A stretch of DNA of 64,000 nucleotides from Novakomyces olei (lineage: Eukaryota). The position numbers were made by a program, and so were the translations under genes. The notes under the pieces are model-generated. The model made no database searches, was not told the origin of the DNA, and saw nothing but the letters and a program-made list of their open reading frames with translations. The stretch spans positions 682,001 through 746,000 of the forward strand of contig JADEYG010000009.1 in the NCBI GenBank assembly GCA_016906335.1, written 5' to 3'. Shown here piece after piece: positions 1-11,663 of the stretch (the first letter of the stretch is position 1; every line of letters starts with the position of its first letter).

Positions 1-644
1 GGCCACTGTGCACATTGACGCCGAGCTCGTTTTGTAACTGGCCAATTTCTAGAAAATTGTCTACGATAAAGTTAAAAGTAGACACTATTCCTCGTTTCTC
101 TTTTTTTATTTTTTTTCGTATTTCCCCATATCATTAAATCAGATCCTCTTTCTCAGACCCTCTTTCTCAGATCCTCTTTCTTACCCGCATAAATGGTGCG
201 CTGAAACGTATCGGCAGCCAACACGGCAATAATATCAGAGATCTGCATAACATCAAGCGCCGCTGCTACACGTGGACCCAAGTTTTTCCCGGCTGCCGAA
301 TGGCTCACGACAAAAGCCGATGCCTCGATCGATTTGAGAGTAGAAACGACCAGAGGCGTGAGATTCTCCGGAAGTCCGTGGTCATAGTCAGAACTCTCGG
401 CGATAAGCACTTTGCTTAATCCCTGTGCACGCGCAAGCTGCTCTGCTACTGATTTGGCTGTGCTTCCTGCCACCAGCGCTGTTACTGGCTCCTTCAATGC
501 CGAGGCGGCTGTTAACGCCGAGAGCGTTGCCGGAGACAATTCTCCGTTTGCATGCTCGGCAAACAAAAGTGTGCCAATACTGCGCACCTGCACACGCGGC
601 GGAAATGCCCTGCGCAAAGCCGATAATCCTCGTAAAGTCTGCAT
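1..644 (-). CDS. AIM45: Electron transfer flavoprotein alpha subunit, mitochondrial. 5' part only: exon 1 644-185, then an intron that apparently runs off the window edge.
   Basis: Mitochondrial presequence-like N-terminus, then TLLFAEH...SAAGKNLGPRVAAALDVMQISDII...TFQRTIYAG, typical of ETF-alpha; GTAAGA donor at 184. Confidence 0.9.
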
Positions 645-703
645 GGCAGGCTTGGTCTCGTGTATTATCCTGCAATAATCTTTATCTTTTAATATAAATC
701 TGA

Positions 704-880
<177 letters not shown>

Positions 881-1217
881 TTTATTTTTATGTGGCGATC
901 TATAATACTTGACTAGAAAGCCTTTTGAGCTGCATCCTTCTATAGTTGAATTACTCCTCCGCGTCTTGAGGGCGATACGGTCATATTGTAAAATTGCATT
1001 GTTTGCTGTTATTAAAACGCATATTGCACATGCAATCAATTCTTTTGCTCTGCTAGTCTATGGCATGATTTTACTAAAACAATGACTTTAAGCAATGACT
1101 ACGGTACAAAACATAATTATATATTATACCCACTACTTTTCCCGCAGGAAACTCGCACAAAGATGAATGGGAGATCTATAGAAAATAATTGTAAAGCCAA
1201 GCTTGTTTGATAGGTCA

Positions 1218-2789
1218 CTACAGCAATTTCCTTGGCCGTGACTTGAGTCGACGCTGTCGAATTAGCACTATAATTGAATTAGAACGGCATACCTTATAAA
1301 CTACATAGAGAAGCATTAGCACTGCCTGTAGTGCCGCTAAAGTGGTAATAGTCGACCATTTACTCGATCGCGAACTATCCTGAACAAGCGCCAATGAGCG
1401 AAGTAGTCGCTCTACATCCTGCTCAAGTCGTGTTTCCAGTGTAGAGAGGCGATAACCAATCTCTGCAGTCTGGGCGAGCTGCTCCGTTCCGCCCTGTCGT
1501 CTTTCATGCGACAAACTTCGCTGCAATTCAGAAACCTGGCCTTGCAAAGATGAACTGGAGGGTCAGTACTGTAAAGACGGAAAGAGAAACTAGAGGGATG
1601 TATAGAATGAGCACTATTCAAACAAATAATAAATGGCAACGAAAACAAAGAGTCCAAATCAAAACTTCGGCACAAGCTTACAGAGATGACTGTAGCACTT
1701 TCACACTAGAAGTAAACCCCTCTAGTTGGGAGAGTGAAGCAGAAACAGCCGCTAATTGATCTGCAAGAGGAGCAATGCTTTGGTCAAAGCTTGGAGCTTT
1801 TTCCTTCGGTTTTGCCGCGTCTGTCTCTCCAGCACGATGAACTTGGATCGGGTAAAGAACATAAGAGTGGATTTCATGAGTATCTGCCGCCGCCAAAGAC
1901 TGTGCGGAAAGACCAAAGTGCATTCGAGGCGGCAAATACACATTATGGCTCTCAAAGCACAAATCACCGTCACGCTCGACACGGAAAACGTTTGCAAAAT
2001 ATTGTGCAGTGATTTTAGTGGGAGTATCACGGTTGCGGTAATCAAATTTGCACATTCCAAATGCAGCAGATGCAGGCTGGTCCAGCTCGGCATAAGTAAT
2101 CGATCCGTCGTTCAAATGGCCTCGGATTTGGCCGTCACCATTTGAGCTCGTTTCAATAAAAAGACCAAGGCCATCCCAGCGATCATTGTTGCCCAGAATT
2201 ACTCCTGGCTGGCCAACCTGATTCGTGTACCAAAGTGCGAGCCCTTTACCCCCATTTTTAGGGCCTTGAGCACGAAAAGTGAATTCTACCTTCCAATCAG
2301 CATACGGGTTTGGCAGATCGTTCCATAGAGCTCCAATTTGAGAAGCCGGAGACGCGGGCGTCAAATCAATGCGATTCGTATGAACGGACACGGCACCGCT
2401 TTTACGCCAGTTCTTTAAAAGTTAGTGATGAGAAATAAAAGCAACAAAGATCATGAATAAATTGAGAAGTGATGGAATAGCAGAAATCAACAGAAAATCA
2501 ACAGACAACAAACAGACAATAAGCAGATCGAACAAACGAGAGCAATCAGGACTTGAGACATTCAGAGAGTAAATCAAAAAAGCAAAAAAAAAAAATGAAA
2601 CAGGCTACGTTGACAGACGTAATCAAAAGCAATCCGCTATACCTTTACATCGCCGTTCTCGATTGGCATTGCAATCGACAGCCTTGGATCTTGGGCATAT
2701 ACTGTCCGCAACACAGTAGCAATTGCAGTCAGTACTGTCAGAAGCGGCAGTACCGGCCCGCCGGCACTCCGTCTTCTCCCAAGAAACAT
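1218..2789 (-). CDS. EMP47: L-type (legume-like) lectin ER-Golgi cargo receptor, Emp46/47 / ERGIC-53 family. Exons 2789-2643, 2412-1682, 1554-1293, 1253-1218.
   Basis: Signal peptide MFLGRR...VYAQ, lectin motifs WKVEFTFR / GKGLALWY / WDGLGLF / HFGLSA, coiled coil, one TM helix and tail RPRKLL; canonical splice sites keep the frame. Confidence 0.85.
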
Positions 2790-3299
2790 TGATGCTCGGC
2801 GTGCAAAGTAGAGTTGTAACCGTTGGCTACGTTTAACTCAATGATATATCTACAAATACGGCGTATACTGGGTATAAGCTATGCCTCATTTTGTCTACAT
2901 AATAAAAGGCGTTATTGCATAATAATTATAATAAAAAAATGATAATTATAACAAAGAATTTGGCAATATGAGGATTACATTTGTGCACAAACAAAATTAA
3001 AAGAACAATTGTACTATAATAGTACTTGCAATTAATTTTACCGTAAAAAGACGAAAGCGTCATGCGTCTAAGTGATCGCCATCTTGGAATAATCAGTTTG
3101 AACAATTGTGCGGAACTATATTTGATCCATTAATAGTATAGACGAGTATGCAAGGAAACTTGATGTGTCGCCTTTATCAGCCAGCTATTAGACAAATACA
3201 AGAATTATCCGATCCAGTACCATCTATTATAATATAAAGCAGCAATTCCGTGTGCGTCAGCCGCTCACCCTACTTATATAGAGAATAGTTACCCACCGA

Positions 3300-3390
3300 A
3301 TAATCAAAATAATCAGAATAATCAGAATAGTCAGAATAGTCAGAATAATCAGAATTGCCAGAATAATCAGAATTATGAATAGAATAATAA
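3300..3390. repeat. Degenerate 9-mer tandem repeat (AATCAGAAT-like)
   Basis: aatcagaataatcagaatagtcagaatagtcagaataatcagaat visible. Confidence 0.85.
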
Positions 3391-3572
3391 CGGTACAAGT
3401 ATTGCTATTCGCCCAACTGAGGTACGCTATACTACTGCGCCTATGAAGTGTGGCGAAAATAATATACAAAAATAACATGCGCCCCCACAGCATTACTTGC
3501 TAATAGACTCTAATCTAGATCCAGTCCGCCATCCAAGTCATGTTAAGCGCAGTGACATTATTTCGCGTCTCT

Positions 3573-3615
3573 GTAAACAATGACCAAAAAAGGTACAGTG
3601 GCAACGCGGTAAACA
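3573..3615 (+). promoter_or_regulatory. Putative G2/M promoter module: forkhead GTAAACA (3573-3579), CArG box CCAAAAAAGG (3584-3593), PCB-like GCAACG (3601-3606), forkhead GTAAACA (3609-3615)
   Basis: Four consensus matches within 43 bp, about 260-300 bp upstream of the anillin ATG. Confidence 0.6.
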
Positions 3616-3870
3616 AATAAACGAAATCTGGATTTACTGGCAACTTGCTGTCATCGGCAGGCCGCTTTTTTTTTATCTGAACGATTGCCGCCTTGCACTG
3701 TACGGCAAAGCGGCTAGTGCGTCCGCTCAGACACGCGTTGTGTCTGTATTAACTGGAGGTCTCGGTGGAGCTGTCCTTGATTAGTGTGGGAAAATTGCAA
3801 TTTTCAATAAAGGCCTTTGTATCTTTTTCCTTGCCAGATTATTTCTTTGCTGCAGCCGTGTGCGTCCCTG

Positions 3871-6800
3871 ATGAACTCTGAGGTTTCGTCACCGCGACAC
3901 ACACGACCACTTGCAAGCCTCAGTCCAAATTCGCTGCGTGGCCCTGCTGCACGCTACGAAGATTGTGTTGACGACTATATTCGGACTGGTGCAGCTCTGC
4001 GAAGGAAGAATAGCGGCGCAGCTGCTATGCTTTCTCGCAGACTCACTGCACGCAGCCCGAGCCCTTCACATAGCTCTGCAGGTAAGAATTTGGGCGGATT
4101 ACAGTAGCACAGGATGCTGGGCAAAGGTGGCAATCAAGATTGAAAGGGACAAGAAATAATGTAAAGTCTTGTATACTTGAAGCATCAGGGGCAAGACGGC
4201 AAATGAATGAAAGCAAATCAAAATAAAGAGAGGAATTAACAAGACATCCGCCCCAAACACAAACTAAACAAGCGTGCCCCTTTGAAATATTACAGACTCT
4301 GAAAAAAGAATTGGCATTTTTGAAAGCATCATTTCTAACTTGTAGATCTCGAGCCGAGCATTCTACGCGCATCGCCACCAAAGTCGGCTCTTAGCGTCCG
4401 TCGTTCCTCTGACGCAAGCCAAAATTCTACGAATGGCAGCGAGCCAAGAACTCCACGAAGGCGCAAGGTAGTGACCTTTGACGAAATGCCCGAGCTTTGT
4501 CCATACGAGCAAGTTGATGAAACTGAGGCTGCCGGTGCGGAAGAAGAAGAAGAAGCGATAACAGACTATTACAAAAATTATCGGCAAAGAACTCTACCCG
4601 CACCTCCAGAGAAACCTCTGCCAATGGCCAAGGATGAGAATACAAGAGATACAGCTGTTAATGATGGTTTTATTTCTTTGAATACATCAGCACCGGATGC
4701 TTTTCTTAGTGTACCGGAATCTCTACCCGAGTCTCATAGTATTGCTCCCCAAAAAGACTTGCAATTGGATGACTCTACAGATTTTATCGACCAAAATGGT
4801 AATCCTGATAGCAGTGTTTCCGGTAATGCCGAAGATTTTCGGGGCAGAGCAGGGCCAAAATCTCCAGATCGATTGGCCAAAATGAAAAAGACGTTTGTCA
4901 GTCGAGAAGAGATTCGTTCTCTCATGGCGACTCGTCGCCAACATGATACTACTAATGCTTCCCCTCGACGTTTCTATGACTTGGAAAATAAAGACATTAG
5001 CGAACCGAGTGCTGCTTCTGTTCCTGCACGGCAAGACACTTTGGCTCCTGAAGACTCTGACGACAGTTCAACCTATTCACAAAGCCCGTCAGCTGCAAAG
5101 CATGCGGCAAAGGATACGGAACAGGTGAAGGAGCCCGTGCTTGACGTTGAGCCAGATGTAATGAGAGAATTGCGGCAAGAAACAGTTTCGGATCTTGAAA
5201 TGAAGGCAGAGTCTAAAAGGGATCAAGAATTAAATGACTCAAGCTCAACAAATGAATCAGAGCTACAAAAAAGCTCTCAAAAAGCTAGTGAAAAAGCAGC
5301 AAATTCAGAGTCGACTGCAATTGAATTAGTCCTCCAGGAAATGGCAATCCCTTCACCGCCAACTCATAAATCTGTACCAGATTCGTTTGATGAAATGATA
5401 CAACAGACTTTTGCTGACGGGGACTGCTTCAAACAAATTCGAGATGCGTTTAATTTAGATCGGCCCGTCGATAATGTACTGGACCTGAAGGCTCCTGAAG
5501 CTCCCCCAAAGTCTCCCGACAGATCTACACCTACTAAAGTTGGAGACAGTACTCAGTATAAAGGAGCAGACGAGAAAACAGAATCGGCGCAAGATCCTTT
5601 CAAGCCAAGTGCCGTGAGCCCCTTATCGGTTAAACCGAATTCTATAAAATCGCTGTCGAGCCCTTTCAAATCTGCGAGTTCGGAACTCTTGCCTTTGCCT
5701 AATAAACTGGATCTAGAGCAAAAGATGAGTATTGAAAATTTAGGCTCGCCTTCGAAATCGAGTCCAGCTAAATCTCCTTCTCGATTGGCCAAGAGTAGCA
5801 ACGGACTGAGCTCCGGGCTTTCTCTGCTTGGAGACGATCTAATCCGAGATGACTCGTCAGAGTCTCTGGCTGAAGAGCTGGACCGCATGCTTCAAGTGCA
5901 GATGGTATTACAATTATGTTTTTCATATTTATGTTGATATTGTATATAATTTCTCTGTTTTTAATTTTTCTCAATTTTAAGTTTAATTTTATTTATTCTT
6001 TTATTATATTATTTTCTGTTTTGATATGTTTGATTTTTATGTATTTTCTTTATTAAATACTAAAATATCAGCGCGGGTATACTGTAAAACAAAACGAAAA
6101 TTACATACGTGCAAGCAGCGTAAATTCATCTCCCGAAGGCCATCGTCGCAACGCCTCTGCGTCAACAAGTGACCTTCGCAGTCCCACCAAACTGGAACGA
6201 GACGCCGTTGTGGAGAGACAGAGCCCTCAAACTTCACCTCGTCGACCAATCACTGCATCACAGGGCTCTTCGCCTTTAAGAAGCAGTATTCCTTCCAGCA
6301 CGAGTAATGCCTTTTCACGAAATTTCTCGAAGCCGATTAAGAAGGAAGAAAGCGCTGTGCATGCTTTAAACGTGTCTGGAGCCGAAAGTACTACTATATC
6401 CCGGCCAGGTCGGTTATTTGTCCGAGTCGTCTGTTTACAGAGGCTTCAGGCGCCCATGAAACCGGGGATGCAGTTTAGTATGATGCTTGATAATGGAAAG
6501 CATCGTGTAAGAACACCGTGGAGTATTTTGAAAAGTCCCGAGACCAGAATTGATCAAGAGTTTGAGCTGTAAGTCGCAAAACTTTAGACTTTATTATTTA
6601 TTTCTTATTTACTAATAACCAGTGTGGCTACAGATAAACTAGAGTTTACACTAACAATGCACACGAAATATCAAGCCCGGTCTACTACAGCCGAGGCCGA
6701 GAGCCCTCGACGGGGACTTTCTCGGCTGCTTGGCTCACCGACCAAACACAATGGTCGGGGAGCGACCGATGATTTATACCATGATTTACACGGATTTGTG

Positions 6801-7526
6801 GGTATCGACGGCAGTTTTGGTCGGAGTTATCACTCTCTCCAAAAAGTGCAAGACCGGGCTCGACTTTCGCTGTATACAGAATCCGTTTCCTGTATGAACG
6901 AATGGGCAATGGACCCAATAATAGTAAAAGGCAAGCAGGTTTCGGCTCGAAGACGGCCGGCCTTTGAAGTAGCAACTGTACGAGTACAGTACTTTTATCT
7001 GCCTCCCTTTCCTCTGGCATTGGAGAGCAGTGCCCCACAAAGTATAGCTGCCGCCCTGCATGATTTGGATGGCCAAAAACGCATTGAATTATGGCACAAG
7101 AGCATTTGTTGTGAAGGCTATCTCTCGCAGCAAGGAGGAGACTGCAGTTCATGGAGACGGCGGTACTTTAAGCTTGATGGTACAGTTCTCATTGCTTTTC
7201 ATGAAACTACTCGGACGCGTCGTTTCACACTGGACTTGTCTCATGCCGTTGCTCTTCAATATGAGGCAAACAAGCCAGATGAGCCTTTGGCTGGTCAACA
7301 ACCGCCTTCGCCTTCACGATCAGTTCATAGTCGGATCAATACGGCCGATGACGATGATCACGAGGGCAATCTAATGGTGAAGAGTGGGTTCAGATTACGG
7401 TTTGATGATGAAACGGTTATTGATTATTATGCCTATTCGCCTGCTGACTTTGAAATGTGGATAAGCACGCTGGATCGTGTAGTGGGCAACCTTCCCACTG
7501 TGGCCCCGTGGACATTGGCTGTTTGA
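3871..7526 (+). CDS. BUD4: Anillin-like septin ring organizer (Bud4/Mid2/Int1 family). Exons 3871-4081, 4346-5904, 6072-6568, 6623-7526.
   Basis: Motifs VTFDEMPELCPYE, ELDRMLQVQM|RGYTVKQN, GRLFVRVV...LDNGKH, IDQEFEL, DGSFGRSY and C-terminal PH domain EGYLSQQGGDCSSWRRRYFKL; splice phases consistent. Confidence 0.9.
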
Positions 7527-7584
7527 ATAATAGTGCACTATTCGAATTTCATCGGATCATGGTTTATTTAGCCAAACTCTTTAG

Positions 7585-8024
7585 TTGATTATTGATTATT
7601 GATTATTGATTATTGATTATTGATTATTGATTATTGATTATTGATTATTGATTATTGATTATTGATTATTGATTATTGATTATTGATTATTGATTATTGA
7701 TTATTGATTATTGATTATTGATTATTGATTATTGATTATTGATTATTGATTATTGATTATTGATTATTGATTATTGATTATTGATTATTGATTATTGATT
7801 ATTGATTATTGATTATTGATTATTGATTATTGATTATTGATTATTGATTATTGATTATTGATTATTGATTATTGATTATTGATTATTGATTATTGATTAT
7901 TGATTATTGATTATTGATTATTGATTATTGATTATTGATTATTGATTATTGATTATTGATTATTGATTATTGATTATTGATTATTGATTATTGATTATTG
8001 ATTATTGATTATTGATTATTGATT
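7585..8024. repeat. (TTATTGA)n heptamer microsatellite, about 63 perfect copies
   Basis: Directly visible, starting about 60 bp after the anillin stop codon. Confidence 0.99.
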
Positions 8025-8911
8025 CGATTTCTCGATTGTTCGGTTATCTATTTGTTTAATTGTTTATTCATTCGCTAATTTCTATTTGAAACGTCTCTGC
8101 ATTGCATTTGCCCTTTACATTTAAAGTTACTCTCTCATATAATGAATATTGCGCAGTGATAATTGTCTGGTGGCTGTTTGACTGGTCGATATTCTGAAAC
8201 TAATTGATCATTATAGAAAACGTTTCATAATGTTACCTGATCTGCTCTTGTAAAATGAATATGATACTTCTGCCGTCAGTTGTATGCAAAACATGTAAAT
8301 ATATTCAAAATGCATTATTGACATGTTATTCACCATAGGACACAAATTTAGCTGATTAGATTAAAAACCATTTAATAAATAAATGTTGAATGAGATTAAA
8401 TAATAGTATAAAGATATATTTGCTGTATGGAATGGTTGCGTTTTATTGCTGTTAAATACGGTCACAATCACAAAACGGCGCGTATACAAACCACTGCAAT
8501 TCTTAGGCTCAGCGCGATTTTTACAGCAGTTTATTTAGTGCCAACAGATCTCTGATTTATCTTGCACATTAAACTACTTGTGCGCAGTCTGCCTTGCTCG
8601 ATTGATACTTAATAATAATTATTGTGTGCTAAATAATATTAAAAGCGGCCAGCGCACGTTGGCCGTAACGCACAGATAATAAAATAAAAATGTGTTCATA
8701 GACTAAATACAAATAAAACGCGAAGAACGAATTTACGCGCGGCCCTTTCTTTGATTAGAACCTCCAAAATTGAGGAGCTTTCAATCTCAATATTAAAGAG
8801 CTATTCTTCAACACCAATTGGTCAATTAAGCACTGAGCTTGAGGAGGCTTTTAATTCGCACTCGGCGCTGAAACAAATCGATATAACAGTATTGCTGGCT
8901 GTTGTCCAACA

Positions 8912-10620
8912 ATGTCGTCTCTAACAGGAATGGTAAGAAGAGGTGCTTGGCCGAGTGTAAAACTGATCAATTTTCCTCAGAACGGACGTGGACGGAAAAA
9001 CGTTAAAAAGGGCGTTGGATTTAGCATTATGGTCTGCGGAGCCTCTGGGACTGGCCGTACTACTTTTGTGAATACTCTGTGCGGGAAAACCGTGCTCGAT
9101 CACAAAGACGAGGTCGAACCTCAGTCGGCACATTTGGAAGAGCCTATGGAGATTCAAACCAGCACTGTCGAAATTGATAGTGAGGGGACGCGTATTGCTC
9201 TCACCGTTGTCGACACTCCGGGGTTTGGCGACCAAATTGATAATGAGCCTTGGTAGGATCGTGTTGCTATTTGTTATTCTATTTGATCATCACAATATTC
9301 GGTTTGCTTGCTTGACGAAATTGCTCGTTCACGTTCAATGCCTCTGTTTTTTGGAACTTTGATTTTAGTAATAGACCTTGGAATCGGGCTCTTTCTTGTC
9401 TGCTTGTCTCTTTTTTGACCTTTTTCCCTCTTTTTCTCCTTATTTTTTCTTGTTGTCTAGCAGTGTCTCTAATAATAAGCTTTTCCAAGATTCTGAGGTA
9501 CCTCGAGCGGCAGTATGATGATATTTTATCAGAAGAATCACGGATCAAGAGAAACCCTCGATTCCGTGATAATCGTGTGCACGTGCTGCTTTACTTTATA
9601 GAGGCCACTGGCCATGGACTGAGACAGATCGACATTGAACTAATGCGCCGGCTGGCTCCGCGTGTCAATATCATTCCTGTGATTGGAAAGGCGGACAGTT
9701 TGACTCAGGCAGAGTTGAGTCTGAATAAGAAGCTAATCATGGACGATATCGACTTCTACGAAATCCCCATCTACAATTTTCCTTATGATATTGAGGAGGA
9801 TGATGAGGATACGGTAGAGGAGAACGCAGAATTGCGCGGCCTTTTGCCTTTTGCCGTTGTTGGAGCAGAGGATATTGTGATTACCTCGGATAACAGCCGC
9901 ATTAGAGCTCGCAAGTACCCTTGGGGTGTCGTTGATGTGGAAAACCCTGAACACTCTGATTTTATGGCCTTAAAGTCGGCACTTTTGCAGTAAGTTTCGA
10001 CCAAATTATGGCATAAGCAAGCGAAATTAGAAAAAAAAACATATAAAAATTAATATTGTGATTTGTATTAATAAAAATACTAATTGTAGCTCTCATCTTG
10101 GCGATCTTAAAGAAATCACCCATGATTTCCTCTACGAAAATTATCGGACAGAGAAACTGTCGCGGACTGCAGAGTACGCATTTTCAATGTTTATTTTTGT
10201 CTTATATTTTTTAATTTTCAATTTTCGATTTTCGATTTTCGATTTTCGATTTTCGATTTTTTTTATTTGAATCTGATTATTCTTCCAAAACCATTTATTG
10301 TTTGTTTGTTTATTCTATATGCTCATGACACTTTTTTTCTCTCTATTTTCAGCTCATTTTGTGTTTTGGGCTGTTCAGTACCCATCTCTTTTCTATACTA
10401 ATGCCGTAGTGGTGACGGCGGTTTTGACGAGGGCGCGTCACAAGCAATGAGACTTAAGGAAGAGCAAATAAGGCGCGAAGAAGAAAAGCTGCGCGATATT
10501 GAAATGCAAGTGCAACGCGAGCTGGCAGAGAAACGTGCTCAGCTGCTGGCAAAGGAAGAAGCCCTTAGAAGCCTCGAAAGCCGGCTTGAAGCCAGCTCGC
10601 AGACTGCGGGTGGAGCATAA
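8912..10620 (+). CDS. CDC11: Septin of the Cdc11/AspA/Spn3 group. Exons 8912-8932, 8981-9252, 9480-9989, 10090-10173, 10410-10620.
   Basis: P-loop GASGTGRTTFVNTL (Arg in place of Lys, typical of Cdc11), DTPGFGD, EESRIKRNPRFRDNRVH, GKADSLT, RKYPWG, YENYRTEKL and a C-terminal coiled coil. Confidence 0.93.
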
Positions 10621-10703
10621 TTAGCTTTTCAAGTGACTCGAAATGAAGCCTCTAATTGTGTTTTAATTTCAATTTCGGTTTTCACATATATTTTATTTCA
10701 TTG

Positions 10704-10853
<150 letters not shown>

Positions 10854-11663
10854 CTTTTAACTCAAATTTATTTATTACGTTTTCTCCGTTTTATCACATC
10901 CTTCCTGGTCTACAAGTTTGTCGAGTTCATTTAAATTATGTTTTTGCCTAAATACAAATTATGCCGTACAATGTTTCAATGAAATTCTGTTTAATATCAA
11001 TCAATCAATGTAGAGCAGACCCGCACTTTGCAAGTCGCAAGTTGGCTTGTACATTTCCAGAGTATAATGTACCCGTGGGCATGCATGTATGTCTGACCCA
11101 GCCAATTTTGCCCAATAAAACGAATTGCAATACGCGAATGAGCCATTCAAACATAAACTAGAAGAAAATGAGCATTTTGATATAGAACGAAATTGTTTTA
11201 AAAATTGACAAACAACTAAAAATCTCAAAACAATGATAAAGACAGCAACAGATGATAAGTGAGCAATCGCTAAAAATATTTATGATACCCAAACATAAAA
11301 TGAAATGTATAAGAATCGAGCCAAAGAAGCATAGCGTATCAGCAGGTAGAATGTGACCAAGTGAATAACCTTGAACACCGACTCGGCGCAAAACATGTTG
11401 ACAAAATAAATGAAAAGATTATTCATAAATAGCATTATATTATTAGCAAATGTAGACAGTAATGAGAACAATGATAGATAATAATGACAATAAAAACAAA
11501 CAAAATAGACAAACGATGGAAGAATGATAGCTCGTAGCATGATTGTGATGATAGACGTGCTAGTGGCCACAATAGCAGCTATACAAGTCGTCTAGTACCA
11601 ATGTTAGTAGTCATGTACTAATACTACTCTTAGTACTAGACTAGTAAAGATGTAGAAACATGA

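Noticed and set aside
3257-3493. Hydrophobic ILI-rich ORF resembling a membrane peptide
   Set aside because: Produced by the 9-mer repeat; no other coding evidence.
7585-8024. CRISPR-like or telomeric array
   Set aside because: Pure heptamer repeat with no spacers, internal location, eukaryotic context.
8912-10620. Alternative genetic code (CUG reassignment or stop readthrough)
   Set aside because: CTG occurs at conserved Leu positions (e.g. septin NTLC), and apparent internal stops are explained by canonical introns.
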